Assembly: GCA_050015395.1 (NCBI GenBank)
Contig: JBEKBM010000015.1
Location: 689-64,688, forward strand
Length of the DNA: 64,000 bases
Origin: Candidatus Bathyarchaeia archaeon
GTDB lineage: Archaea > Thermoproteota > Bathyarchaeia > Bathyarchaeales > Bathycorpusculaceae
Direction: 5' to 3'
The position numbers and the translations under genes are program-made. Below the pieces are notes generated by a model that saw only the letters and a list, made by a program, of their open reading frames with translations, did not search any database and was not told the DNA's origin. This document shows, in pieces, positions 44,431-55,416 of the stretch (the stretch's first letter is position 1; each line of letters opens with the position of its first letter).

Positions 44431-45546
44431 ATGGGGAGCTATTCTTTGGATTTGAAAGTTGCGATAGGCACTTGGGAAGCGCCTCCAGCGTTAGGTGGAC
44501 CAGCATACTACATTAAAGAATTAGTGGAGAGACTTTCCAACTATGTTGATGTAGAGCTTATCATTCCCAGTTATGCATCGGTCAAGGAAAAAGATGGGTT
44601 GGTAACTCGAAAGATTGCTTCAATAGATATTCCCATTGTAAGAGTTTGCATGTTCGCCGCAAGAGCAAGCTTACTGGTAAAAAAGCTTGGTGTGGACATA
44701 GTTCATGATAATGGAGTTTTAGGTTTTAGCAATTTTTCACCCTTTATAGAAACATGGCATCACAGTAACGTCGACGACCGGCGATATCTTTCTGCTTCAG
44801 CATATTATCTTTCATTCTATAGGGAATTGTTAACGCTTAGGGGAATAAAAAAAGCTGATTCTATAATCGCTGTAAGTTCAACTGCGAAAGCTGACCTAAT
44901 TAACCACTATTTCATCCCAAGTTCCAAGATTCACGTTGCACCACTCGGTGTAGACGTAGACTTCTTCAGACCTCTCCTCGCCAGCAAAATAAGCGGATAC
45001 TCTAAACAAGACGGCAAAATTTACCTGCTCTATGTAGGTGCATTAGGCTCAAGAAAAAATGTTGGCTCTTTAATTCGAGCACTAAAAATAATCGTGAACA
45101 AACGAAACAATGTACATCTTTTAATCGTTGGGGCTGGCGGTGAGAAAAACCGTCTGCAGGAACTTACTGAAATTTTGAACTTGACAAAGCATTTGACCTT
45201 TTTAGGTGCTGTTTCACGAGAACATTTACTTGAACTTTACAATATAGCCGATTATGTTGTTCTCCCTTCATACAAAGAAGGCTTCGGAATGACTATGCTC
45301 GAAGCATTAGCCTGTGAAAAGCCCGTGATAATGACCCCTGTGGGCATAAGCGACATAATCAAAAGCAACAACTTGGGAATAGTCGCCGACAACTTCACCC
45401 CATCAAGTCTTGCTTACGCGATAGAAGCCGCCATTAGCGAAGGCGAATTCAACAACCTTAGAACATTCGTAACAGAGAATTTCAGTTGGTCCAAAACGGT
45501 AGAAACAACCCTTCAAGTCTATAAACAAACATTGGAGAATTGCTGA
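44431..45546 (+). CDS. family 4 glycosyltransferase
   Basis: EGFGMTMLEALACEKPVIMTPVG and YVGALGSRKN blocks. Confidence 0.8.
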   Translation: MGSYSLDLKVAIGTWEAPPALGGPAYYIKELVERLSNYVDVELIIPSYASVKEKDGLVTRKIASIDIPIVRVCMFAARASLLVKKLGVDIVHDNGVLGFSNFSPFIETWHHSNVDDRRYLSASAYYLSFYRELLTLRGIKKADSIIAVSSTAKADLINHYFIPSSKIHVAPLGVDVDFFRPLLASKISGYSKQDGKIYLLYVGALGSRKNVGSLIRALKIIVNKRNNVHLLIVGAGGEKNRLQELTEILNLTKHLTFLGAVSREHLLELYNIADYVVLPSYKEGFGMTMLEALACEKPVIMTPVGISDIIKSNNLGIVADNFTPSSLAYAIEAAISEGEFNNLRTFVTENFSWSKTVETTLQVYKQTLENC

Positions 45547-45577
45547 TTCGTTTCTCAAAATCGCAGATAAAGGGGGG

Positions 45578-46774
45578 GTGAACAGAATCAAAGTTGTCTT
45601 CTTGTCCTCCATATTTGGGCCCCTAGCGGGAGGCGGAGAAATTTCAACAAAACTGCTGTTCAATGAATTAAGGCATGCTGGACACGACGTATACATAATA
45701 ACAACGAGGAAACAATCGAGTTTCGACGGTTGCATCACGTTAAATCATCTAGACGCAATCCCATTAAAGTTACTCGTTCCCGGAACCCCGATTACCGATC
45801 TCATCTTGGCGAAATACATAAACGAAAAACTTAGGGAAATAAAACCTGACGTAATCCATATTCATGATCCATTTACTCTTCCAGCTTCAATCCTTGCAAA
45901 TAGGAAACTGCGAGTGCCTTGCGTTTACACTTGCCGTAGTGCCGTCTTGCCTCACCCTACTAGGTCAGTAACCGCTAGAGGGCATGCTGTTAACGCCATG
46001 TTTGAGATAAGAAACCGAGTTGGCATAAGATATCTACAAAATGTTGATGCCGTGATTTCAATAAGTGAATTCATAAAGCGAGAACTAATAACAGTTGGAG
46101 TTGATAGCCGTAAGGTACAGACAATATACAATATTCCTTCTAACCTGATTAAGAATATTCAATTGAAACCTCCAAGCCAAATAAAGAAAAAACCTGAAAT
46201 CACCCTGTTTTCAGCAGGAAGATTAGATTTGGATAAGGGCTTTGATACTGTTGTGAAGGCAATGAGCATAATTCATAAGAAAAATCCTGACATTGATATC
46301 CTGCTAATAATCGCGGGTAACGGACCAGAAATGCGGAATCTCAAAAAAGCCATAATCACTTATCAGCTTGAATCTTTTGTAATGTTGACAGGTTGGGTTT
46401 GTCACGATGAGGTTATGCGGTTTTATGCTAATTCGGATATTGTTTTTTTGCCCTCGGTTTACCCTGACTCTTTTGGTAGGGGGTCGATTGAAGCGATAAG
46501 TTTTGGTAAGCCTGTGGTTGCGAGTGATATCGGGGGGATTAGTGAGGCTGTGGTTGATGGTGTTAATGGTTTTTTGGTTCCTGCTGGGGATGTTGATGCG
46601 TTGGCTGAGGCGGTTTTGCGGCTTGTTAGGGATCGTTGTTTGCGGGAGCGTATGGGGCAGGCAGGGCGAGAAATATTAGAGAAACAGTTTAATCGCAAGG
46701 AAATCGTTCGTCAAACGATCAAACTCTATGAAAATGTAATATGCTCTTGTGCTAAGACAAAAACTATAATCTAG
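45578..46774 (+). CDS. family 4 glycosyltransferase (tandem paralogue A)
   Basis: DSFGRGSIEAISFGKPVVASDIGGISEAVVDGVNGFLV. The N-terminus VVFLSSIFGPLAGGGEISTKLLFNELRHAGH is paralogous to 46989..48164. Confidence 0.85.
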   Translation: MNRIKVVFLSSIFGPLAGGGEISTKLLFNELRHAGHDVYIITTRKQSSFDGCITLNHLDAIPLKLLVPGTPITDLILAKYINEKLREIKPDVIHIHDPFTLPASILANRKLRVPCVYTCRSAVLPHPTRSVTARGHAVNAMFEIRNRVGIRYLQNVDAVISISEFIKRELITVGVDSRKVQTIYNIPSNLIKNIQLKPPSQIKKKPEITLFSAGRLDLDKGFDTVVKAMSIIHKKNPDIDILLIIAGNGPEMRNLKKAIITYQLESFVMLTGWVCHDEVMRFYANSDIVFLPSVYPDSFGRGSIEAISFGKPVVASDIGGISEAVVDGVNGFLVPAGDVDALAEAVLRLVRDRCLRERMGQAGREILEKQFNRKEIVRQTIKLYENVICSCAKTKTII

Positions 46775-46988
46775 TCAACTGGCAGTTCAAGATCCCAAGA
46801 ACTGCTGGTTAATCATAAGCGAACCCAAAAAAAGCCCAAGCAAGTGAAAAACAACTTTGTGTTCTCTATGTGTAACTATCTATTTCTTCACAAATCCTTA
46901 CTGAGCTAATAATGGAAAAGTTCATTCAAATGCAAAAAATTCAGGATAACCTGACTCATATTTATTATGCAGAAAAGTGAGTAAGCAA

Positions 46989-48164
46989 ATGAAAATCGTC
47001 TTTTTGTCTTCTGTATTTGGTTCTCCTGCCGGCGGTGCAGAGGTTGCTACAGAACTATTGTTTAACGAGTTACGGAATGCTGGTCATAGTGCTTATATAA
47101 TGACAACAAGGAAACCCATGTTAAATTCAGATAGCTTGGTTACATTAGGCTATATACGCCTAATACCAACAAAGTTTCTAGTTCCAGGAACTTTCATAAC
47201 TGATCATATCATAGCTTCTAGAATTGCTAAAAAATTGAAAGAGATAAAACCAGATGTAATTCATGCTCAAGATTCTTTTATACTTCCTGCCACCGTTATC
47301 GCAAATAGAAAATTGCACTTACCCTGTATCGTTACTTGTCACAATACCGTTCTAGATCAAACAACGAAGTCAGCATCAGCCAACGACCAAATCGTTAGCC
47401 ATATGTTTAAGGCGCGAAATAAGACGTACTTAAAATTTATAAAAAATGTTGATGCTGTGATTTCGGTAAGTAACTACATAAAAAAGGAACTGATCTTCAA
47501 AGGTATTGAGAGCAGTAAAATCCACGTAATATACAATATTCCTCCTGATAGCATTAATTTTAAAATGGCGAGCTTAAACAAGACAAAAACGACCATCACA
47601 CTGTTTATGCAAGGAAGATTAGTTCAAGACAAAGATTTTGATACTATCATAAAAGCAACGAAATTGATTACCCAGAAAGAAAGGTCACTCAAGCTAATAA
47701 TAGCGGGAAATGGTCCTGAAATGCCCAGGCTTAAGAAGCTTGTCAATACCCTTGGGCTTGAATCTTATGTTTTATTTACAGGGTGGGTTTGTCAAAGTGA
47801 GTTGATGAGGCTTTATGCTGGTTCGGATATTGTTTTGTTGCCCGCTGTTCCTTCTGAGGCTTTTGGTAGGGGGTCGATTGAGGCTATGAGTTTTGGTAAG
47901 CCTGTGGTTGCTAGTAATGTTGGGGGGATTAGTGAGGCTGTCTTTGATGGTGTTAATGGTTTTTTGGTTCCTGCTGGGGATGTTGATGCGTTGGCTGAGG
48001 CGGTTTTGCGGCTTGTTAAAGATCGTTGTTTGCGGGAGCGTATGGGGCAGGCTGGACGGGAAATTTTAGGAAAACGATTCAGTAGTGAGGAAATTGTTCG
48101 TAAAACCATCAAACTTTATGAAGAAGTAATCCGCGCCCACACCCAAAGACCGAGAAACATCTAG
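46989..48164 (+). CDS. family 4 glycosyltransferase (tandem paralogue B)
   Basis: MKIVFLSSVFGSPAGGAEVATELLFNELRNAGH; EAFGRGSIEAMSFGKPVVASNVGGISEAVFDGVNGFLV. Confidence 0.85.
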   Translation: MKIVFLSSVFGSPAGGAEVATELLFNELRNAGHSAYIMTTRKPMLNSDSLVTLGYIRLIPTKFLVPGTFITDHIIASRIAKKLKEIKPDVIHAQDSFILPATVIANRKLHLPCIVTCHNTVLDQTTKSASANDQIVSHMFKARNKTYLKFIKNVDAVISVSNYIKKELIFKGIESSKIHVIYNIPPDSINFKMASLNKTKTTITLFMQGRLVQDKDFDTIIKATKLITQKERSLKLIIAGNGPEMPRLKKLVNTLGLESYVLFTGWVCQSELMRLYAGSDIVLLPAVPSEAFGRGSIEAMSFGKPVVASNVGGISEAVFDGVNGFLVPAGDVDALAEAVLRLVKDRCLRERMGQAGREILGKRFSSEEIVRKTIKLYEEVIRAHTQRPRNI

Positions 48165-48218
48165 GATTATTCTCAGCGATCACTCACTCTGTCTTTCGAC
48201 AAATTAGTTTTGATATTA

Positions 48219-49274
48219 ATGAACCAAACAGTTTTCGTCAATCACTCCTTGAGTGAGCACGCACATTTTTCAATCGATGTCTCAATAGTTATTGTAAACT
48301 ATAATGGCGCTAAATTTCTAGAAAAACTGTTTAGTTCGTTATCTATTCAGACATTTTCTAACTTTGAAGTAATTTTTGTGGACAATCATTCCCAAGATAA
48401 CAGTTTAGAAGTGTTAGAAAAAACATTGGCTGTCAAGTCTATTCAGAATTTGCGTATTAAGATTTTCAAAAACAAAGAAAACTTGGGGTATTGCAGAGGA
48501 AACAACATTGGTTTGAGCAGCTCAGATGGAACATATGTGGTATTTTTAAATAATGATACATATGTTTCCGAAACTTGGTTGGAAGAGCTTGTTAATGTAA
48601 TGAATGCTGACTCAATGATTGGTGCTTGTCAGAGTAGGCTTATCCAGCCAGATAATGGTTGTGTCCAAAATGATGGGCATGTCTTGGATTTTTTTGGTTG
48701 GTCTCAAAGTATAGTCGTTGAGTCAGCTGATGTAATGGTGTCCGATGCTCCGGTTTTTGTTTCTGGGGCTTCGTTCATTGCTAGGAAAAATGATTTGGTG
48801 AGGATCGGAGGTTTTGATGGGGAACTCTTTCTTGGGGATTATGATTTATGCTGGCGGCTTCGGCTTTTAGGATACAAAATGGCGGTTGCCTTGCGGTCAA
48901 TCTGTTATCATTACGGCGGATCTACAATGGTTAATAGTACTTTGGCGTCTCAAATCAAAACAGCCTACCATTACGAAAAAGAAAGGCCAAGAGTACTCTT
49001 GAAAGTATATTCAAAAGGGCACCTAATTAAGCGTGCACCTGTATTAGTTGCTTTAATGAACCTAGAAACAATTTCAACATCACTCAAGTTTAAGAATCCA
49101 TTGTTTATTTTGGGCTTTGCGAAAGCTTTGGGATGGAATTTAAAAGAAATTCAAAGCACCCTTTTAGCTCGCTTTAAAGTGCAAAGAAGCCGTTTAATAA
49201 ATGACAGGGATATTGAGCGTAAAATGCCTCACTATATAATTTTACTAACAAGGCAGTTGGTAGTTAAAAAATAG
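48219..49274 (+). CDS. family 2 glycosyltransferase (rhamnosyltransferase-like)
   Basis: VSIVIVNYNGAKFLEKLFSSL, IFVDNHSQDNS and VFLNNDT motifs. Confidence 0.8.
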   Translation: MNQTVFVNHSLSEHAHFSIDVSIVIVNYNGAKFLEKLFSSLSIQTFSNFEVIFVDNHSQDNSLEVLEKTLAVKSIQNLRIKIFKNKENLGYCRGNNIGLSSSDGTYVVFLNNDTYVSETWLEELVNVMNADSMIGACQSRLIQPDNGCVQNDGHVLDFFGWSQSIVVESADVMVSDAPVFVSGASFIARKNDLVRIGGFDGELFLGDYDLCWRLRLLGYKMAVALRSICYHYGGSTMVNSTLASQIKTAYHYEKERPRVLLKVYSKGHLIKRAPVLVALMNLETISTSLKFKNPLFILGFAKALGWNLKEIQSTLLARFKVQRSRLINDRDIERKMPHYIILLTRQLVVKK

Positions 49275-49369
49275 GGCACCCTAAAATCGGAGGCACGTAG
49301 ACTTGCATTTTAGATTGCAGGTACCGGCATAGGAATGAATATTTCATTCGGTGCATGATATTATGGTAG

Positions 49370-50004
49370 GTGTGGCGTTTGCAAACCTTTAGCCGCAGAC
49401 TTAGCCATAATCCACTTATGCAGTATAAACGTAAACGTGGTAATTCTAAAATCCTGATTCCATACGGTAGACACAGCTATGGGCCCCAACCAGAACTTTT
49501 AGGTACAATGCCTTGGCTTCTCAAGAAGGCGCGAGGTAGCCGCATTGGCAATTTTTGTTCAATAAGCCCTGGCTTGCGCTTTTCTTTCCTTGGAAAACAC
49601 AACTATCAATGGTTACAACTTATCCATTTTATGAATTATATGAAAAATGGAAATTTGATGTTCCACCGTTGTGGCGTAAGGGTGCCCCTGACATGGCGAA
49701 AATCGAGCCGACGCCCATCATCGTAGAGAACGATGTATGGATGGCATCCAATGTCACCATTAAAGAAGGCGTGCGAGTCGGTAATGGGGCAGTTGTTGCT
49801 ATGGGTTCTCTTGTAACAAAGGATGTGCCTCCTTATGCTCTAGTCGGTGGCAACCCGGCGAAAGTGATAAAATTCCGCTTCAGCGAGAAGCAAATTGAAG
49901 AACTGCTTAAAATAGCGTAGTGAACTGGAGTGACGAGGAAATTGCGCCAAACGCTTCCTTTGCTCTTGCCAGATGATATAGACGCGTTTATCCGCGAAAA
50001 ATAG
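49370..50004 (+). pseudogene. xenobiotic-type (XAT/Vat-like) hexapeptide acetyltransferase, one frameshift plus a tandem TAG-TGA
   Basis: Frame A: RHSYGPQPELLG...IGNFCSISPGLRFSFLGKHNYQW. The frame shifts near 49610-49612 to VTTYPFYELYEKW...IIVENDVWMASNVTIKEGVRVGNGAVVAMGSLVTKDVPPYALVGGNPAKVIKFRFSEKQIEELLKIA. Then come TAG (49918) and TGA (49921), followed in frame by TGVTRKLRQTLPLLLPDDIDAFIREK and a stop. XAT enzymes carry WW at exactly the position of the two stops. Confidence 0.7.
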
Positions 50005-50103
50005 ATGAGGCTTCAACTTCGTCCACTTACTCTGCACTATTCGTGTTACTGTCTCCTCGACATTCCTTGTGCGAAGGCACTTTTAAATACTCAAACAAAA
50101 AAC

Positions 50104-50544
50104 ATGGAAAGAGAGTGGCAAACAGTGAAGATTGATCAATGCCGAATAATTAATTTTCCAAAAATTGCCGAAGCGAGAGGTAACTTATCTTTCATTGAAG
50201 GAAATAATCACATACCTTTTCCAATCAAGCGCGTTTACTACCTTTATGATGTTCCCAGCGGAGCAACCAGAGGCGGGCATGCCCACAAAACTCTGTCCCA
50301 GATTATAATCGCGTTAAGCGGAAGTTTTGATGTCTTGTTAGATGACGGGAAAGAGAAGAAACTGTTCTTCCTCAACAGACCCCATTACGGGTTGTATATT
50401 CCTCCAGGTGTATGGCGGGAGATGGAAAATTTTTCATCGAACTCGGTAGCTCTTGTGTTAGCCTCTGAACTTTACAACGAAGAGGACTACATAAGAGACT
50501 ATAGCGTCTTTAGGAAAATGGTCGAGGAAAGTGAGTTAATATGA
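50104..50544 (+). CDS. WxcM/FdtA-like cupin, NDP-4-keto-6-deoxyhexose 3,4-isomerase family
   Basis: RGNLSFIEGNNHIPFPIKRVYYLYDVPSGATRGGHAHK is characteristic of FdtA/QdtA/WxcM cupins. ATG at 50104. Confidence 0.8.
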   Translation: MEREWQTVKIDQCRIINFPKIAEARGNLSFIEGNNHIPFPIKRVYYLYDVPSGATRGGHAHKTLSQIIIALSGSFDVLLDDGKEKKLFFLNRPHYGLYIPPGVWREMENFSSNSVALVLASELYNEEDYIRDYSVFRKMVEESELI

Positions 50545-50676
50545 AGAGGCGTTTTAAAGTTTTGATATGCATTTGCTAAATTTTGGCAAGCCCGTCAGCA
50601 TTTATTAAGTATGTGCATCGCTTCTATGGTTTATCTGAAGTGCTGTGTGACATATGATTATGAATAGGAAAGATAT

Positions 50677-51639
50677 ATGACGGAAATAAGGAAAGCGAAA
50701 ACCTTCATAAAACGTGCAGCTGTAGAACATATTCAAGATAGTGTTACGCTTCATTGGCCTAGCTTGCATCGCTTGTTCTATAAGCGGCCTAGGGTGGTTT
50801 CGACTGAATTAACCAACGATTGTAATTTGAACTGCAACATGTGTTATAGGGGCAAACGTAGGGCTGGTGTTGGATACATGGACTTTGACTTGTTCAAACG
50901 CGTTGTTGATGAAGCTGCCCAAATTGGGGATGTTACCTTAAGCCTATTTTTAGGTGGTGAACCTACGCTGCATCCACGATTTGATAAGTTAATTGAATAT
51001 GCTATGAGTCATCGGAGGCGCCTTTATGAAGTGGGCTTTGACACCAATGGAATGTTAATGGACAAGCGAAAGAGCGAGTGTATAGTGAGGTCGGGCGTGG
51101 ACTATGTGATTTTCAGCTTGGAAGGGATTGGTGGTTTAACTGAGAACATACGGTTAGGAAGCGTCTACGAGGTTGTTGAGCGAAACATTCTGAATCTACT
51201 TGACATTCGCGGAAATCATACGAAGCCCAGAGTTTCAACAAACACGACTATTTCAGTTCAGTCTGACAGTGAGTTGAAAGCAATTTATGATAGGTGGCAT
51301 GGGAAACTTGACGCTGTTAGCTTCAACGCTTGTCTGGACGAAAATTTCAGAATCATAAATTGGAGCACTTTGCACAGGTGGAATCCAAGGTATAAGTTGC
51401 CTCAATTCTGTACGATGCCGTTCTACCAGATACATGTGTTGTGGAATGGTGACGTAACCTATTGCTGTCATGATATTAACAGTGAAGGTATCGTAGGCAA
51501 TGTGTACGATAATAGTCTGATAGACATTTGGCGTGGAGACAGACTTGCAGCTATCCGTCAAGGCATCTTGTGTGGTAAGAAGGTTGGGCTCTGTAGCAAG
51601 TGTATGAAGTTCAACAATGAAAATGAATTTGACAATTAG
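50677..51639 (+). CDS. radical SAM enzyme with Cys-rich (SPASM-like) C-terminal extension
   Basis: CNLNCNMC (CxxxCxxC) near the N-terminus. C-terminal cysteines: FCTMPFYQ...YCCHD...CGKKVGLCSKC. Confidence 0.8.
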   Translation: MTEIRKAKTFIKRAAVEHIQDSVTLHWPSLHRLFYKRPRVVSTELTNDCNLNCNMCYRGKRRAGVGYMDFDLFKRVVDEAAQIGDVTLSLFLGGEPTLHPRFDKLIEYAMSHRRRLYEVGFDTNGMLMDKRKSECIVRSGVDYVIFSLEGIGGLTENIRLGSVYEVVERNILNLLDIRGNHTKPRVSTNTTISVQSDSELKAIYDRWHGKLDAVSFNACLDENFRIINWSTLHRWNPRYKLPQFCTMPFYQIHVLWNGDVTYCCHDINSEGIVGNVYDNSLIDIWRGDRLAAIRQGILCGKKVGLCSKCMKFNNENEFDN

Positions 51640-51848
51640 TTTAACACGATTCTATTGGCATTGTTAGAGATAGGCGGTACTTACACTTTGGGATGAGCGT
51701 CTTCTTTACTGTTCTGACAATGTTAAAGGCGGTTCTGTTAACTGTCGGCGCTTTTGGATTCAAGTTTTTTAATATAAGGCACTGAGTTTAGGTTAACCCT
51801 TAATCCATTTTTTTCACAACATAAAATGGTTAATATGGTTAGTTGTCT

Positions 51849-52337
51849 ATGCCAACTTTAAAGCAGTTATGGAATAAGCTTTGCTTTATCTTGCAAATTC
51901 CATTTGATACTTTAGCGAAAAGGCTATTTAGAGACTACTTCTTTAAGCATTATCATGTTTATGGAGATCCAACTAGACTAAAAATTGCAAGCACAGCCGT
52001 GGTTAGCAATGCATCCTTTAACTTATCCTCTGGAACTATCTTCATAGAAGATTATGTTTTTTTCGGTTCTAACGTCAGCGTAATAACTGGAATTCATGAC
52101 ATAAAAAAGATGGGACTAGAAAGGCAACTAGCGGTTCCCACGTCTGGCAGAGATATAACTATAAAGAGAGGGGCTTGGATAGCAAGCAACGTCACCATCT
52201 TAGGACCATGCACGATAGGCGAGAACGCCGTAGTTGGAGCCTGTTGTCTAATACGTCATGATGTACCAGCAAATACAGTATGCTATGCAAAGGATACAAT
52301 CATTTTGAAGCCTCTAAGCTTGCCACATACAAATTAA
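51849..52337 (+). CDS. left-handed beta-helix (hexapeptide) acyltransferase
   Basis: FFGSNVSVITGIHD...RGAWIASNVTILGPCTIGENAVVGACCLIRHDVP hexapeptide repeats. Confidence 0.75.
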   Translation: MPTLKQLWNKLCFILQIPFDTLAKRLFRDYFFKHYHVYGDPTRLKIASTAVVSNASFNLSSGTIFIEDYVFFGSNVSVITGIHDIKKMGLERQLAVPTSGRDITIKRGAWIASNVTILGPCTIGENAVVGACCLIRHDVPANTVCYAKDTIILKPLSLPHTN

Positions 52338-52476
52338 CGTGTGCTTTTTTAAGCAAACACTGCTGAACACATATATATTCCAGCTTGGTAGAACATCCGA
52401 CGAAATTTCACATGAACCCAAATCCGACGAAGACTTCAAAGTACCGAAGGAAATTATTTTAAAAGGGCGATAGGGT

Positions 52477-53451
52477 TTGAAAAAAAACCTTAGAGTTTTA
52501 ATAACAGGTGCAGGTAGTACTACTGCTATTTCAGTTATGAAAGGGTTGAGAAAGCAACGCGAGTTTGAGGTTTTTATCGTAGGGACAGATACTAATGAAC
52601 GAACCGACATAGCAGGGTCGAACTTTTGTGATAAATTTTACACTGTGGCTCAAGCAACAGCGGAAAAGAAGTACCTGAAAACTCTGGAAGATTTAATCAA
52701 ATCGGAACTTATTGATTTGCTTATTCCAATTGTTGATAATGAACTTGAGGTAATCGCTCGGAATCGATATATCATTGAGCGAGCTACTTTTTTGCTTTTG
52801 TCTTCTTATGACACAATATCAACGTGCTATGATAAATTTAAAACCTATGAATTCTTTAATAATTCCAACATACCAACGGTGAAAACGATTTTGGTTGACC
52901 AAAATTGCGACATCGAAAGTCTTGTTCAAGATATAACTTTTCCAATAATCTTAAAACCTAGAATGGGAGTGAGTAGCCGAGATGTGTATGAAATCAAGAA
53001 CAAAGACGAACTTTTCCTTTTGAAACGAGTGAAAAATCCTATTATTCAGGAAATGGCTAAAGGGCAGGAATACACAATAGATATTTTTTACGATGGCAAG
53101 AAAATAATTTCAGCTGTTCCTAGAAAGAGGATAGAAACGAGAGCGGGAATTTCCTATAAGGGACAAACTGAGAAAGATGAAACACTCATAAATTATGCCT
53201 GTCAGATAGCTGAGAAATTGAATATTAAAGGTCCAGCTAATATTCAATGCTTTAAAAATGGTGATGAGATACGGTTTATTGAGATAAACCCGCGTTTTTC
53301 AGGAAGTTTGCCTTTGACAATAGAAGCGGGAGTGAATATGCCTTTGTTCACGCTGAAAATGGCTGTGGGCGAGGAATTAGAACCTGTTGAAGATTTCAAA
53401 ATAGTCAAAATGTGTCGATACTGGGAGGAGATATTTTATAGTGAATGTTAA
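52477..53451 (+). CDS. ATP-grasp ligase
   Basis: N-terminus RVLITGAGSTTAISVMKGL, then FPIILKPRMGVSSRDV, IIQEMAKGQEYTIDIF and FIEINPRFSGSLP. These are the ATP-grasp core blocks. Confidence 0.75.
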   Translation: MKKNLRVLITGAGSTTAISVMKGLRKQREFEVFIVGTDTNERTDIAGSNFCDKFYTVAQATAEKKYLKTLEDLIKSELIDLLIPIVDNELEVIARNRYIIERATFLLLSSYDTISTCYDKFKTYEFFNNSNIPTVKTILVDQNCDIESLVQDITFPIILKPRMGVSSRDVYEIKNKDELFLLKRVKNPIIQEMAKGQEYTIDIFYDGKKIISAVPRKRIETRAGISYKGQTEKDETLINYACQIAEKLNIKGPANIQCFKNGDEIRFIEINPRFSGSLPLTIEAGVNMPLFTLKMAVGEELEPVEDFKIVKMCRYWEEIFYSEC

Positions 53452-53647
53452 GGGATTGAAAGTTCTTGTTACAGGTGGTGCAGGCTTTGTGCGGTTACAA
53501 AGTATCCCATAGGGAGGGAATATTCTTAAAGCCCTTACCTAACTTCATGATGATGAATCTAAATGAGAAAATAATAAGAGGGTTTTTTGAAATAAGTAAA
53601 GAACTGCCAGATTATTGTGCCCACATTTTTGCGGCTTGTGAACAAAA

Positions 53648-54292
53648 ATGAAGCGGTCCATTTTTTTTGATCTTGATGGGACGTTAATTGATACTTCATA
53701 TCGACATTACAGAGTATATAAAGACATTTTAGATTTTCTCAATGTGCCTTCTGGTCTTTCAAAGGAAGAGTTTTGGAGTCAAAAGAGACAGGGTAAGAAA
53801 ACAGTAGATCTTCTTCCCATCAATTGTCCTAAAGAATTCGTTCAGGAATTTATGGCTGATTGGTTAAAAAGAGTAGAAAGCAGAGAATACTTAGAATGCG
53901 ATAACCTTTTCCCAGAAACTCTGAATGTGCTGTCGCGGCTGAAAGAGAAATCTGAACTAATACTTGTAACGTTAAGAAATAATAGAGAAAATCTTTTCAG
54001 GGAACTTAGCAGTTTTGGGTTAACTACATTCTTTAGCGAAATATTAGTTGGCTCGCCTTTGTTAAAAAATAAAGTGGTATTAATGGAAAAATATTTTAAA
54101 GCAAATTCTGGAAAAAATAACTGTATTATTGTGGGTGACTCTGAGGTGGACCTGTATACTGGAAAGGAAATTGGAATTTTTACGGTAGCTGTCACTTACG
54201 GCATCAGGTCCAGGGAATTCTTAAGTGAGATAAAACCCAACGTTTGTATAGATCGCCTTTCAGAAATTTTTGAGATTTTACAAGGAGTTTGA
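53648..54292 (+). CDS. HAD-superfamily phosphatase/hydrolase
   Basis: Motif I FFDLDGTLIDT, motif II LVTLRN, and motif IV VGDSEVD. Confidence 0.8.
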   Translation: MKRSIFFDLDGTLIDTSYRHYRVYKDILDFLNVPSGLSKEEFWSQKRQGKKTVDLLPINCPKEFVQEFMADWLKRVESREYLECDNLFPETLNVLSRLKEKSELILVTLRNNRENLFRELSSFGLTTFFSEILVGSPLLKNKVVLMEKYFKANSGKNNCIIVGDSEVDLYTGKEIGIFTVAVTYGIRSREFLSEIKPNVCIDRLSEIFEILQGV

Positions 54293-54301
54293 TACTAATC
54301 C

Positions 54302-55396
54302 ATGATACCCTTTGTAGATTTGAAAAGCGAATATTCCGAAGTTGGTGAAGAAGTATCACAATGTATTCAGAGAGTTTTGAAAAGTGGATTGTTTATTTTA
54401 GGAGATGAACTTGAAAAGTTCGAGATTGAGTTCTCAAAGTACATTGGAACGAAGTATGGAATAGGCGTAAATTCGGGCTCTGATGCTCTTTTGATTGCTC
54501 TTAATGCACTTGGAGTTGGTAAAGGGGATGAGGTGATAACTGTAGCTCACACATTTATATCTACAGTTGATGCTATTACAAGAAATGGCGCGAAACCAGT
54601 ATTCGTAGACATAGATCCTGAAACTTATACAATCGACGTTACACAGGTTAAAAGTAAAATTTCAAGCAAAACAAAAGCGATATTGCCTGTTCACTTATAT
54701 GGGCATCCTGCTGATATGAAGCCACTTATGGATATTGCTGCGGAATACGGTTTATTTGTAATAGAAGATGCCTGTCAAGCGCACGGCTCAGAGTATCAGA
54801 AAACTAAATTGGGCGCCATAGGGCATGTTGGTTGCTTCAGTTTTTACCCTACTAAAAATCTTGGCGCCTATGGCGATGCGGGTATAATAACTACAAATAA
54901 TCAAGAACTAGCATACAAAATCAAGAAAACGAGAAACTATGGGCAATCTAAAAAATACTACCATGACTTTATGGGTGTAAACAGTCGGCTTGATGAGATG
55001 CAGGCAGCAATACTTAGGACAAAACTGCGTTATCTTGACAATTGGAACGAGAAGAGACGAAAACTCGCTAAGCTCTATAGCGAGTTATTGAAAAATACGG
55101 CGGTTGTAACGCCAATAGAAAAAGAATACGCAAAACATGTGTACCATCTTTACGTGGTGAGACATAAAGAAAGAGATAAACTCCAACAATATCTGCTTAA
55201 CCACGGAGTCCAAACTCTTATACACTATCCTATTCCGGTTCACCTGCAGGAAGCATACAAAATTAATGACAAATTACCTGTCACAGAGAGAATCTGCAGT
55301 GAAATACTCTCCTTGCCCATGTTTCCTTGGCTAAGAGAAAGCGAAGTTGAGTATATATCAGAAAACGTAAAGCAATACTTTCGCAGCAGTTACTAA
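54302..55396 (+). CDS. DegT/DnrJ/EryC1/StrS-family PLP-dependent sugar aminotransferase
   Basis: [28 protein letters not shown] and [16 protein letters not shown] (the PLP Lys) are canonical. Confidence 0.9.
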   Translation: MIPFVDLKSEYSEVGEEVSQCIQRVLKSGLFILGDELEKFEIEFSKYIGTKYGIGVNSGSDALLIALNALGVGKGDEVITVAHTFISTVDAITRNGAKPVFVDIDPETYTIDVTQVKSKISSKTKAILPVHLYGHPADMKPLMDIAAEYGLFVIEDACQAHGSEYQKTKLGAIGHVGCFSFYPTKNLGAYGDAGIITTNNQELAYKIKKTRNYGQSKKYYHDFMGVNSRLDEMQAAILRTKLRYLDNWNEKRRKLAKLYSELLKNTAVVTPIEKEYAKHVYHLYVVRHKERDKLQQYLLNHGVQTLIHYPIPVHLQEAYKINDKLPVTERICSEILSLPMFPWLRESEVEYISENVKQYFRSSY

Positions 55397-55416
55397 AGGT
55401 CTAATGGTGAAAGTTT

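Noticed and set aside
53441-53651. Track ORF 53466..53651 (61 aa), and a GTG-initiated 23-codon frame VNVKGLKVLVTGGAGFVRLQSIP-stop at 53441-53512
   Set aside because: The 61-aa ORF has no motif. The short frame looks like the Rossmann N-terminus (VLVTGGAGF) of an SDR epimerase/dehydratase that was truncated. It is too short to annotate as more than a probable remnant.
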